From: Candidatus Latescibacterota bacterium
GTDB lineage: Bacteria; Krumholzibacteriota; Krumholzibacteriia; WVZY01
Length of the DNA stretch: 64,000 nucleotides
Reading direction: 5' to 3'
NCBI GenBank assembly: GCA_011772205.1
Contig: WVZY01000057.1
Location: forward strand, 6,190-70,189
Shown here: one piece after another, positions 37,841 through 46,597 of the stretch
How the letters are laid out: the number at the start of each line of letters is the position of its first letter
Numbering within the stretch: position 1 is the stretch's first letter
Position numbers and translations under genes: made by a program
Notes under the pieces: generated by a model
Seen by the model: only the letters and a program-made list of their open reading frames with translations
What the model was told of the DNA's origin: nothing
The model's database searches: none

Positions 37841-37918
37841 ATCGGATGGTGATTGGCAAATGAGTATGCGCATTTCCGGCGGCCCGGTACCTTTAAACGT
37901 CAGCCAGAGGAAAACACT

Positions 37919-38938
37919 GTGAGAAAGTCGCTGCTTGTTACTCTCGTCGCCTGCATGGCAGCCTTACTGATTAGCATCGCATGTGCCGAGAAATCTCCAG
38001 CAGAGGAACCGGTTGCGAATAAGTCTTCCGGCATGGAATCCTCCTCGGAGAATTCGCCTGCACAGGATTACGAATCGGAGCTGTCGTCCGAGAAGGCGTA
38101 CGAGAGGGTTATGAGGGAAATCAGAGATATCGAAAAAAGCCCGCTCGCCAAGCGAGAACCGATCAAAGCAATCGAGAAGATCGAAGGAAAGTTCCGGGCG
38201 TTTATAGAGGAATATCCGGGATCAAAAGAATCGCATGATGCGATGTTCCAGCTTGGAGTGCTTTACAACCACCTCCAAAAACCTGAGAAAGCGATACTGC
38301 ATTTGGAAAAATATCTGTCTTCAGCCTCCGATGCTGATGAGAACAAAGTAGCCTTTGCTCATTATTCTATCGCAGAGGCATACAAGAACGCCGGTAACTT
38401 CGATGCAGCGAAAAAGCATTATCGGATCGTCGTAGATCGGTATGCGAGTGTAAACACTCAGCTCTTGGGAATGGCTCGCACGAATCTCGAGGACATGGAT
38501 GTCATTCAAAGGCTTGCCATAGGGAAAGAACCGATTCCCTTTGAGGTGACGGACCTCAATGGGTCCTCCCTGTCTTTAGAGAAGTACAAGGGCAAGGTGG
38601 TTCTGCTAGATTTTTGGGCAACCTGGTGCGCACCGTGTTTGCAGGAAATGCCGAATGTAAAGCGGATCTATAAGCAGTATCATCAGCAAGGCTTTGAGAT
38701 AATAGGGATTTCGCTCGATAGCAACCGTAATGCTCTGGAGAAATACGTAAGGAGGAACGATATCAAGTGGCCGCAGCACTTCGATGGAAAAGCCTGGAAC
38801 AATGAAGTCGCAAAGAAGTACAAGGTGCGGTCAATCCCGGCAACATTCCTCCTGGATCGAAGCGGGAAGATTCGCTATAAATCCGTGAGAGGTTCTCGGC
38901 TTGCCCAGGCTGTTGAGAAGCTAGTGAAAGAAAAATAG
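37919..38938 (+). CDS. TPR + TlpA-like redoxin (probable lipoprotein)
   Basis: GTG after GAGG; ISIAC lipobox-like; TPR; KGKVVLLDFWATWCAPC; SIPATFLLD. Confidence 0.88.
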   Translation: MRKSLLVTLVACMAALLISIACAEKSPAEEPVANKSSGMESSSENSPAQDYESELSSEKAYERVMREIRDIEKSPLAKREPIKAIEKIEGKFRAFIEEYPGSKESHDAMFQLGVLYNHLQKPEKAILHLEKYLSSASDADENKVAFAHYSIAEAYKNAGNFDAAKKHYRIVVDRYASVNTQLLGMARTNLEDMDVIQRLAIGKEPIPFEVTDLNGSSLSLEKYKGKVVLLDFWATWCAPCLQEMPNVKRIYKQYHQQGFEIIGISLDSNRNALEKYVRRNDIKWPQHFDGKAWNNEVAKKYKVRSIPATFLLDRSGKIRYKSVRGSRLAQAVEKLVKEK

Positions 38939-38973
38939 AATAACTGATCCTGCTTAATCGCGCATTCGTTTCT

Positions 38974-40257
38974 TCACGATGTCGCGCGACTTGCGCGAAC
39001 CCAACTGTCAATAATCTCCAGCTCTTTATCTGTTCGTTCGTCCCAGCTCGTAAAATTCTCCATCGCATACTTCTTTGCATTGAGGCCGAGCGCCGCTCGC
39101 TTCTCCTCGTTGTTCGCAAGATCTGTAATTGCTCTGGCAAGAGCTTCGATATCACCGTCAGGGACTGTGCAGCCCGTTTCATTCTCCTTGACCGCTTTCT
39201 TGGTGTCCCCAACATCGAAAGCGACAACCGGTACTCCGCAGACAAATGCCTCGAATGTCGGGATCGCCATATTTGTAAGATTGCTCGTGGAAATAAATAT
39301 GTCTGAAGCGCAAAACACGTCCGGAACACGTGAATGAGGAACCGGTCCCATGAACCGCGTGTGCTCTGCAACTTTCGAGCGAGCAGCCAGCGCGACGCTC
39401 GAGGCCTTCAATGGACCGCCGCCGACGAAAAGGAAGATCGCCTCTCTCTCGGCAAGCTCCAGGACACGGGGGATCGAACGTATAACGGCTTCAGGTCTCT
39501 TTGATGGTACGAAGCGGGAGAGAAAAAGCACCACGCATGCATCTCGAGGAATGCGCATTTCCTTTCGTATCTTCTCCCGGTTGCATGCATGATCCGCCCA
39601 CTCGAGGTTTATGCCGTTCGGGAGAAAGTGAATTTTTTCGTTACTTACACCGTGCCGTAGAAGGGCTTCGCGTCCTTTTGTGCCGTCGTCCAAGACGATC
39701 CATAAATCCTGAGGAAACTTGAGCGCCAGCATCTGCTCGGCGTTTTTATACAGGTACTTCCACCGCGGCCATTGCGTATGGACGAGGTCCATCACACCGA
39801 ATAGCTTGACTCCGGTGGGCAACGATCGGAGCTTTCGTAGCATGAACGTTGCAGCTGTGCTGTAGTGGGAATGGCCAAGCACGAAGTCGGGTTTGAGAGC
39901 GCGGGCGAGAAGGAGTGCTCTTGGAATGACAACGGAGTTGAAAAGAAAAGGAAGGAGCAAACGCCTCAGGAATGTCGGCAAGTTTGAAATCGCCTTGAAA
40001 AAGTTGGGATATGTGTGCGTGTGAAAGTTTTCGATGTCGGGTTGGCTTCCCGGTTCACCTTTTGGGATAAGGAAATGAAGTTCGTAATCGTGCTTCGTGA
40101 ACTTGTTGACAAACTCGTAGTCATCCGATACACCTGCGTCGCCTCCGAGCGACCACATGCTCTCCCATGGGGATATTACCAGGAGCTTTTTTCTGCAGCT
40201 ATTTTTCTCTTTGCTTATTTCCACTGAAATGCGGTGCACGTGCCGGTGCGGTGCCAC
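38974..40257 (-). CDS. Glycosyltransferase family 4
   Basis: LPNGIN, FLSRFVPSKR, SDIFIS, EAFVCGVPVVAFDVG, ENETG. Confidence 0.88.
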   Translation of the reverse strand: MAPHRHVHRISVEISKEKNSCRKKLLVISPWESMWSLGGDAGVSDDYEFVNKFTKHDYELHFLIPKGEPGSQPDIENFHTHTYPNFFKAISNLPTFLRRLLLPFLFNSVVIPRALLLARALKPDFVLGHSHYSTAATFMLRKLRSLPTGVKLFGVMDLVHTQWPRWKYLYKNAEQMLALKFPQDLWIVLDDGTKGREALLRHGVSNEKIHFLPNGINLEWADHACNREKIRKEMRIPRDACVVLFLSRFVPSKRPEAVIRSIPRVLELAEREAIFLFVGGGPLKASSVALAARSKVAEHTRFMGPVPHSRVPDVFCASDIFISTSNLTNMAIPTFEAFVCGVPVVAFDVGDTKKAVKENETGCTVPDGDIEALARAITDLANNEEKRAALGLNAKKYAMENFTSWDERTDKELEIIDSWVRASRATS

Positions 40258-40268
40258 TTGGGAGTCTC

Positions 40269-41126
40269 TCAGGCAATGGGATTAGTAAGTGTTCCCAGGA
40301 GTTCGATAGTCGCTTTGAGCACATCTCCTCTTTTCAAAAACCTCTGGGGGGTGGCGAACACCCCGACGCCAGCAGGAGTTCCCGTTGCAACGATGTCTCC
40401 CGGTTCGAGCGTCATGCTGTGCGAGAGGTAATGGACCAGGTAATCGATTTTGAAGGTCATTTCCCCGGTGTTGCTCGATTGCCTCGCTTTACCGTTTACT
40501 TCGAGAGAAATCTTGAGGCTGTGTGGATCGCTCACTTCGTCGGACGTCACCAAGAAAGGTCCAAATGGGGCGAAGCCGTCGAAGCTCTTCGCTCTGAACC
40601 ACTGCTTCTCGCGAAATTGGATGTCCCTCGCGCTGATATCCATGAACACGGCGTAACCGGCGATATGCTCCGCCGCATCGTCGGCCGCAACATTTTTGGC
40701 GCGCTTCCCAATAACAAAAGCAAGCTCGACCTCATGGTCCAGCTGAGTAACGCCATGAGGTATCGGGATTGGGTCTCCCTCGCCGATCAGCGCGCTCGGT
40801 GCTTTGGCGAATGTCAGCGGCCAATCGGGTACGCTTCTGCCTTGTTCTTTTGCGTGGTCTCTGTAGTTGAGGCCCAGGCAAACGATCTTGGAAGGATTCG
40901 TGACTGGCGGCCCTAGGCGCACACTTGAGAGCGCGAGCACGGCCTTCGGATCCAAAGAGGATGCGTTGTCCAGAATCCTAGCGATGCGGAAAATTCCGTC
41001 AGCCTCGAGGATGCCGCGTACGGTTTGAGGAAGGGACGTATCCACTGCGAGGAGGTCGATTACCTGATCACCGTGGAGGACACCAGGCTTCTCCTGTTCT
41101 TTGGGACCAAAACTGACGATCTTCAT
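40269..41126 (-). CDS. Fumarylacetoacetate hydrolase family protein
   Basis: KIVCLGLNYRDH, DHEVEL, DISARD, AKSFDGF, PGDIVATGTPAGVG. Confidence 0.92.
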   Translation of the reverse strand: MKIVSFGPKEQEKPGVLHGDQVIDLLAVDTSLPQTVRGILEADGIFRIARILDNASSLDPKAVLALSSVRLGPPVTNPSKIVCLGLNYRDHAKEQGRSVPDWPLTFAKAPSALIGEGDPIPIPHGVTQLDHEVELAFVIGKRAKNVAADDAAEHIAGYAVFMDISARDIQFREKQWFRAKSFDGFAPFGPFLVTSDEVSDPHSLKISLEVNGKARQSSNTGEMTFKIDYLVHYLSHSMTLEPGDIVATGTPAGVGVFATPQRFLKRGDVLKATIELLGTLTNPIA

Positions 41127-41260
41127 TTCACTTCAATTATAAACCGGCCGCTCTTGGGAAGTCACTCGTAAAGAAGTATTTTTTTAAGGAACGAACAAGG
41201 CGGGGGACTTCATGATGAATGACATTGATGTTTCCTTCGGATGGAGAGGGGGGATCCCTT

Positions 41261-43114
41261 CTAAATGGCCTCGGCTTTCAAACTGTGGAGGCGCGAGAGA
41301 AACTCTTTCGCATCTACAAAACCGACGACGCGAAGATCTTCTCTCTCATTTCCGTCCTGGTCGACGAAGATCACAGTGGGGACACCGCGTATCCGGAATA
41401 TTTTCCTCAGTCGCACGTTCGCTTCGGAGCCTGCTTGAGTCAAATCGGCCTTCAATCTGACGAACTCCTCCGTCGCTTTGACCACATCGTCTTGCGAAAA
41501 GGTCTTATGGTCGAGTTCTTTACAAGGGATGCACCAGTCCGCGGAGAAGTCGATTAGGACAAAGCGGCCTTCCACCTTGGCTTTGGCCAGCATGTCATCG
41601 CTGTACGGCTCCCACTTGATTCCTATTTCCTCGGCCGTTCCGAATAAGATAGTAGATGAGAAGATGATGTATAATCCCAGGATCGGGCCGATGATGCCTA
41701 TGGCACGTCGAAGCGCGCGGAAAAAAGGCGCTGTACTTTCTGATCTGACCACGAATCCAAGAACGATTCCACAGGCGATGATAACAAGCCCTAACACGAG
41801 CGCGTACAGCCAGCTTGCCATGATCGGCTTCAGGAAATACACGGCCATTGCAAGAAGTATCCCGCCGAACAACTTTCTCACCCACTCCATCCATTCGCCG
41901 GATTTTGGCAGCTTCGAGATGCTTCCGGATATCACGGCGAGGACAACGAAAGGCAAACCGAGGCCGACGGCAAGAGTAAAGAACAGGGAAAATCCGAGAG
42001 CCGGGTTGCCGCTCTCGCCGACGAATGTGAGAAGACCCAGGACGAATGGACCGATGCAGGGTGCTGCGACGATTCCAACGGTAAGGCCCATGAAAAAAGC
42101 TCCCATCGCGCCCTGCTTCGATGTTCCGGCAACATTGCTTAATTTTGCAGGAATACGGATCTCATAAAAGCCGAACATCGACAGGGCCAATCCGACGAGC
42201 ACGAGGGCGACGAAAGCGAGCACATATGGGTTTTGGAGCGCTGAGCCGAACAGACTTCCCGTCAACGATGCGATCAGCCCCAACGAGGAATACATGATAG
42301 CCATGCCGAGCAGATACAGTATTGCGAGAAAAACCGTTCTCGAGCTCTTTCCTCTGCTCTGTCCTCCGAAGTAGCTCACAGTTATTGGAATCATCGGATA
42401 CACGCAGGGAGTGAGATTGAGCGCCATACCGGCGATGAAAACGGTGAGAAAAGCGAGTAGCAAACCTTTCGTTGCGATCAAGCGGCTCAGCGTGCCCTCG
42501 CGTATGCCTGCTCCATCGTCGGATGTGGTAGGGGGGGATGTGAGGCCGAAATTTATTTTGGAAAATATTTCCGTGTGGATCGCGTCGATCGCCTCCGTTG
42601 GGGGAGATACCCTGAACGGAATCACAAGCGGTTCATTCACCGGTGCAATGCACTTCTCGTTGTCGCATGCTTGGTAGGTGAGTGTGGCCACAACCGTGGT
42701 ATCCCCCAGAGGGAAATCTTTTGCCACCCCAATAAGAACGCCTACAAACACTTCACCTTCGTATAGGGCCAGCGGTTTGTCCGAAAACGAAAGGCGCTTT
42801 TCGGTCGCATTCGGATAGATGATCTTCCGGACGTCTATTCCGGGAGCGGTTTCAAGAGATATCGATGTGGGAATCAGGTATTCGTCGTTCACCTCATGGG
42901 CGTTGATGTGCCAGTGACCGCCGATGCGGACTGCCACGGCGACAGGTATGGTACCTCCTTGCGAAACGCTGCTAAAACCGGTGTAGGCGCGCAGGGTAAC
43001 CGGGTCCTCGATATAATCGAGGTTGAATTCGCTCGATCTTGCGATCGACACAAGTGCAAGCATAGCTACGAAGACCCCGAGCACCCAATAGATGAATCGC
43101 ATTCGTGACAGCAT
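41261..43114 (-). CDS. dsbD: Protein-disulfide reductase DsbD family
   Basis: N-domain YQACDNEKC; TM LTPCVYPM and APCIGP; thioredoxin FSADWCIPC. Confidence 0.92.
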   Translation of the reverse strand: MLSRMRFIYWVLGVFVAMLALVSIARSSEFNLDYIEDPVTLRAYTGFSSVSQGGTIPVAVAVRIGGHWHINAHEVNDEYLIPTSISLETAPGIDVRKIIYPNATEKRLSFSDKPLALYEGEVFVGVLIGVAKDFPLGDTTVVATLTYQACDNEKCIAPVNEPLVIPFRVSPPTEAIDAIHTEIFSKINFGLTSPPTTSDDGAGIREGTLSRLIATKGLLLAFLTVFIAGMALNLTPCVYPMIPITVSYFGGQSRGKSSRTVFLAILYLLGMAIMYSSLGLIASLTGSLFGSALQNPYVLAFVALVLVGLALSMFGFYEIRIPAKLSNVAGTSKQGAMGAFFMGLTVGIVAAPCIGPFVLGLLTFVGESGNPALGFSLFFTLAVGLGLPFVVLAVISGSISKLPKSGEWMEWVRKLFGGILLAMAVYFLKPIMASWLYALVLGLVIIACGIVLGFVVRSESTAPFFRALRRAIGIIGPILGLYIIFSSTILFGTAEEIGIKWEPYSDDMLAKAKVEGRFVLIDFSADWCIPCKELDHKTFSQDDVVKATEEFVRLKADLTQAGSEANVRLRKIFRIRGVPTVIFVDQDGNEREDLRVVGFVDAKEFLSRLHSLKAEAI

Positions 43115-43282
43115 AACTTATTACCTTATAATAGATTATAAATATTAGCGATGATTCTCCGCTTGCCAAAACGGTGCGGCAAGCAAGCTCTGACAAGATT
43201 CTCGACTATGTAATATACAACGGGAAGCGGCCTTCGGATGCATTTTTTTGCGATGAAAATAGCCGACCCGCGATGGTCGCCT

Positions 43283-44167
43283 CTACAACAACTTGTAAGT
43301 CACACCCAGGGACATTGTCTGCTTGAAGCGCCCGGCAAGATCGATCTCCTTGTCGTAGAGCACCTGCAGGTAGAAATTCATGATCAGGTACTTGGTGAGG
43401 TGGACGGTAAGAATGTTCTCGAAGTTTACGTCCGGATATTTCCAGTAATCCTCTTCCGGCAGACCTTTGAGTTCATCCGACTCCGTTGAATACACGGCCT
43501 GAAACACGGTGAGCTTGCTGGTAAATGCGAGTTTTTCCTTTGCCAGGGGCGTGGTGAAGTCGTTAACGAATTCGAATCCGCCAATTGTGGCCGTTTCCGT
43601 ATCTCGAGTGCCCGTATCCGGATCGAGCACGTCCCTGTATATTAACTCTCTAAAACCGGCTCCCAGACGCGCCATCCACTCGCGCTTTTCATCTTTGATG
43701 AAGACCTTTGCAATCCCCAACGTCTCGGTGATATCCAGCGGGTTCAACCAGCGGTCTTTTGCTGGGTCGCTCTGGTCGATAAATTGCGTGATCACTCTCA
43801 GGGCGAGGATGGGATCGACGAAGCCGCCTAGAGTAAAACGGAATGTGGACTCCAGATCTATGAGATCCGTCGATTTCACCGGCGACAGCCATTTTTTCGT
43901 ATCCGGGTCTTGATTGTGCGTCTGACCGAAGAGCAGTTTTAGCGTATTCTTGTTGTGGATCCAATTGTTCAGCTGTTTCTCGGCCAGCGTGTTGGAGTTG
44001 AACTGCCAGGTCAGTGAGCCGGATTCCCCTCCCACCCAGTTATCACTGTAAGCATTTTGCGCGAGCGTGAGATTCAAATCCGCGGAGAGATTCCAATCCT
44101 CTGCAGCCGCATCCATGGAACTGGTCATGATAACAGAAAAAGAGAGTAACAAAACAAGGGTCTTCAT
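43283..44167 (-). CDS. DUF3078-like outer-membrane beta-barrel protein
   Basis: Signal peptide; Q.AYSDNWVGG; KSTDLIDLES; terminal strand SLGVTYKLL. Confidence 0.7.
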   Translation of the reverse strand: MKTLVLLLSFSVIMTSSMDAAAEDWNLSADLNLTLAQNAYSDNWVGGESGSLTWQFNSNTLAEKQLNNWIHNKNTLKLLFGQTHNQDPDTKKWLSPVKSTDLIDLESTFRFTLGGFVDPILALRVITQFIDQSDPAKDRWLNPLDITETLGIAKVFIKDEKREWMARLGAGFRELIYRDVLDPDTGTRDTETATIGGFEFVNDFTTPLAKEKLAFTSKLTVFQAVYSTESDELKGLPEEDYWKYPDVNFENILTVHLTKYLIMNFYLQVLYDKEIDLAGRFKQTMSLGVTYKLL

Positions 44168-44200
44168 GATTCCTCCGATCTTTAGAGTAGAGGTGCGGTC

Positions 44201-44836
44201 TCATCGTTTGCATGCGAGGGTGATCCCATCTCTTATCGCCAGCATAACGGCGTCCACCCGCCGGTCGTTCCTTACGTGATTGTTAAAAGCGGCCAGCGCC
44301 CGATCGGATTTTTCCTTTGGCGCGAGCACGCGACCGCTCCATAACACGTTGTCCGCAATGATGACACCCCCCGAGCGGATTTTCGGCATGCATTCATCCC
44401 AGTAGCGGATATAGTTTTCCTTATCTGCATCGATGAACACCAGATCGAATGGACCTTCGATTTCCTCGATAGTCTGCAGGGCCGGTCCGAGTTTGAGTTC
44501 GATTTTCCTTCCGTGAGGACTCGAGTCCCAGTATCGACGCGCAATTCCCGTTGCTCTTGGGTCGATGTCGCATGTGATGAGCCGGCCGTCTTCTGGAAGC
44601 GCTTCGGCCATCATGAGCGCACTGTATCCGGTAAAACTTCCAATTTCGAGAATCCGTCGGGCACTCGTTATCTTTACTAGAAGTTTCAGGAATACTCCCT
44701 CCACGCGTCCGATGAGCATTTGGGGATTCGACATTGTGGCGTGTGTTTCCTCCGCCAGTTTTTTTAGTAGGGGGGATTCGGGGGAGGTGTTGTCGGCACA
44801 GTAGTCTTCGATTTTCTTGGGGATGAAGTTCAACAT
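44201..44836 (-). CDS. SAM-dependent O-methyltransferase (Methyltransf_3)
   Basis: ILEIGSFTGYS, FDLVFIDADKENY, DNVLWSG, RDG. Confidence 0.9.
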   Translation of the reverse strand: MLNFIPKKIEDYCADNTSPESPLLKKLAEETHATMSNPQMLIGRVEGVFLKLLVKITSARRILEIGSFTGYSALMMAEALPEDGRLITCDIDPRATGIARRYWDSSPHGRKIELKLGPALQTIEEIEGPFDLVFIDADKENYIRYWDECMPKIRSGGVIIADNVLWSGRVLAPKEKSDRALAAFNNHVRNDRRVDAVMLAIRDGITLACKR

Positions 44837-45076
44837 TCCACTTTTTCTCCTTTACTGCGGATTGCGATGTGTGTTGGGAAAGGGTATTTGAATCCCATAG
44901 AAGAGATGAGTCAGTCTAGCATACGAAATCGTGCGGCGCGTGGCAAGGAAATGACCCGTAGATATTGCAATGAATAAGAAGGGCGCCTGATTGCAATCAG
45001 CCGGTGGCGGAGATCGGGGCAGGCAAGAGGGAAGCGTTTTGGCAAACCAATCCAAAATCCCAATGATCTGGGAGTC

Positions 45077-45895
45077 TCAACCTTTTCGCGCTGCGATGCT
45101 GACGCTCAGAACGGCTGCATTGGTGGCTTTCACATCATCTAATGTAATGGTCTCGTCTCCGATCATCGTCTGGACTGTTTGATCATTCGTAAACCAGTTG
45201 AGAGGGAAGTTTTTTTCGTTCATGATCTCGATTTGTCCAAATCCCGCTTCCTCGATCAGTGAGATGTAACTGTCCTTTAGCAAGGCGCCCGCAATACACC
45301 CCACGTAAGCCCTCTCGTTGTTCCTTACCGAATCGGGAATCTCTTTGGACAGAACGAGGTCCGAGATCATCAACCTCCCACCGGGCTTCAGCACGCGGTA
45401 TGACTCTCTGAAAACGATGGCTTTATCGGGAGAGAGGTTGATCACGCAGTTCGAAATGACCACGTCAACAGAATCATCGGGGAGCGGTATCTCCTCGATG
45501 TCTCCGAGCAAGAACTCCACGTTGCCATAACCGCCTTTTGTGGCGTTGCGTTTTGCCCTTGCGATCATTTCCGGAGTCATATCGAGGCCATATACTTTCC
45601 CGCCGGGAAGGACCTTTTTTGCAGCGAGAAAGCAGTCGAAACCGGCCCCGGACCCAAGATCCAGGACGATTTCCCCCGGCCTGAGCGAGGCAATCGCGGT
45701 CGGATTTCCGCAACCGAGACCAAGATTGGCCCCGTTCGGGGCGGACCGGATTTCTTCGGATGTGTAGCCGATATACCTGCTCGAATCCAGCTCGGGGCCG
45801 CAAACGCAGGAGTTCACTGGTCCGCAGCACCCGACTTCCCTGCGAGCAGCCTCTCCGTAACGCTCTTTCACGATTTTCTTTATGTCCTTTTTCAT
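45077..45895 (-). CDS. arsM: Arsenite S-adenosylmethionine methyltransferase
   Basis: VKERYG..A, CC, LGLGCGNP, VLDLGSGAGFDCF, SNCVINLSPDK, GCIAGA. ATG after GGGAGG. Confidence 0.9.
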   Translation of the reverse strand: MKKDIKKIVKERYGEAARREVGCCGPVNSCVCGPELDSSRYIGYTSEEIRSAPNGANLGLGCGNPTAIASLRPGEIVLDLGSGAGFDCFLAAKKVLPGGKVYGLDMTPEMIARAKRNATKGGYGNVEFLLGDIEEIPLPDDSVDVVISNCVINLSPDKAIVFRESYRVLKPGGRLMISDLVLSKEIPDSVRNNERAYVGCIAGALLKDSYISLIEEAGFGQIEIMNEKNFPLNWFTNDQTVQTMIGDETITLDDVKATNAAVLSVSIAARKG

Positions 45896-45910
45896 CCGTC
45901 TCACCTCCCA

Positions 45911-46201
45911 CTAGTCCTCAAGTGTCTCCTTGAGAACGGGCCCCAGTATATCTTTGACCTTCCCGGCCAGCTGATCCGCTTTAATCAAGGATATGCAGCA
46001 GATCTCTCCATTCGATTCATAGGCGATCAGCGCGAGCTTATCCCCTGCTTGAATCCCCGCTTTTTCCCGGATCTCCTTAGGAAGGACGATCTGGCCCCGG
46101 GCGTCGGTTTGGACCACCGATTCGATTCTGCAACAGGAGCTCTTCTTCTGAGAGGATCCCTCCTCGCAGCAAGAAGCATTGTCCGGCTCTTTGTTCGGCA
46201 T
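45911..46201 (-). CDS. Cys-rich AbrB-family regulator, HgcC-like
   Basis: CCRIESVVQTDARGQIVLPKEIREKAGIQAGDKL..ICCISLIKAD; three CC pairs. Confidence 0.8.
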   Translation of the reverse strand: MPNKEPDNASCCEEGSSQKKSSCCRIESVVQTDARGQIVLPKEIREKAGIQAGDKLALIAYESNGEICCISLIKADQLAGKVKDILGPVLKETLED

Positions 46202-46251
46202 ATCTTCCTTACCTCCTCGACAATTGGGTGTTGCGAACTATAAATATTCAC

Positions 46252-46287
46252 TACTATCAGTATAATCAGAATAATCAGAATTGTCAA
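46252..46287 (-). promoter_or_regulatory. Sigma70 promoter overlaid by 9-bp direct repeats (probable operator)
   Basis: Minus strand TTGACA-17 nt-TATACT; plus-strand units TACTATCAG/TATAATCAG/AATAATCAG/AATTGTCAA. Confidence 0.75.
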
Positions 46288-46348
46288 CGAAAAATGTTAA
46301 TGCGCGCTAATTAATTTTTTAGTATGCAGTTAGGAGCATATTAACTCG

Positions 46349-46423
46349 CCGGTTGGGGCTTGGGAGACCCAAGTGAGGTTGACTGAGGCTCCACGCGAAT
46401 GAGCTCAGAGCCCGAAATGCCGG
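46349..46423 (+). ncRNA. Structured leader RNA, candidate Na+ (DUF1646-motif) riboswitch
   Basis: CCGG-UUG-GGGCU ... AGCCC-GAAAUG-CCGG enclosing hairpins CUUGGG/CCCAAG and CUGAG-GCUC/GAGC-UCAG; lies upstream of a transporter. Family match is from memory. Confidence 0.5.
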
Positions 46424-46597
46424 GAATGCGGCTTGCAAACCTTTGCCGCTGGTCCCTAGAATGGCGGATCGCAATGAGCGACGGGGAGGTCCGGCGGCCG
46501 CTGGTAACGGCATGGGCCGACCATGCGGACATCGATGAACGCATGTCCGAAGCCTGCCAGCCGGGTTTGAATTGTCTTTCCACAGTCTGGAAATCAG

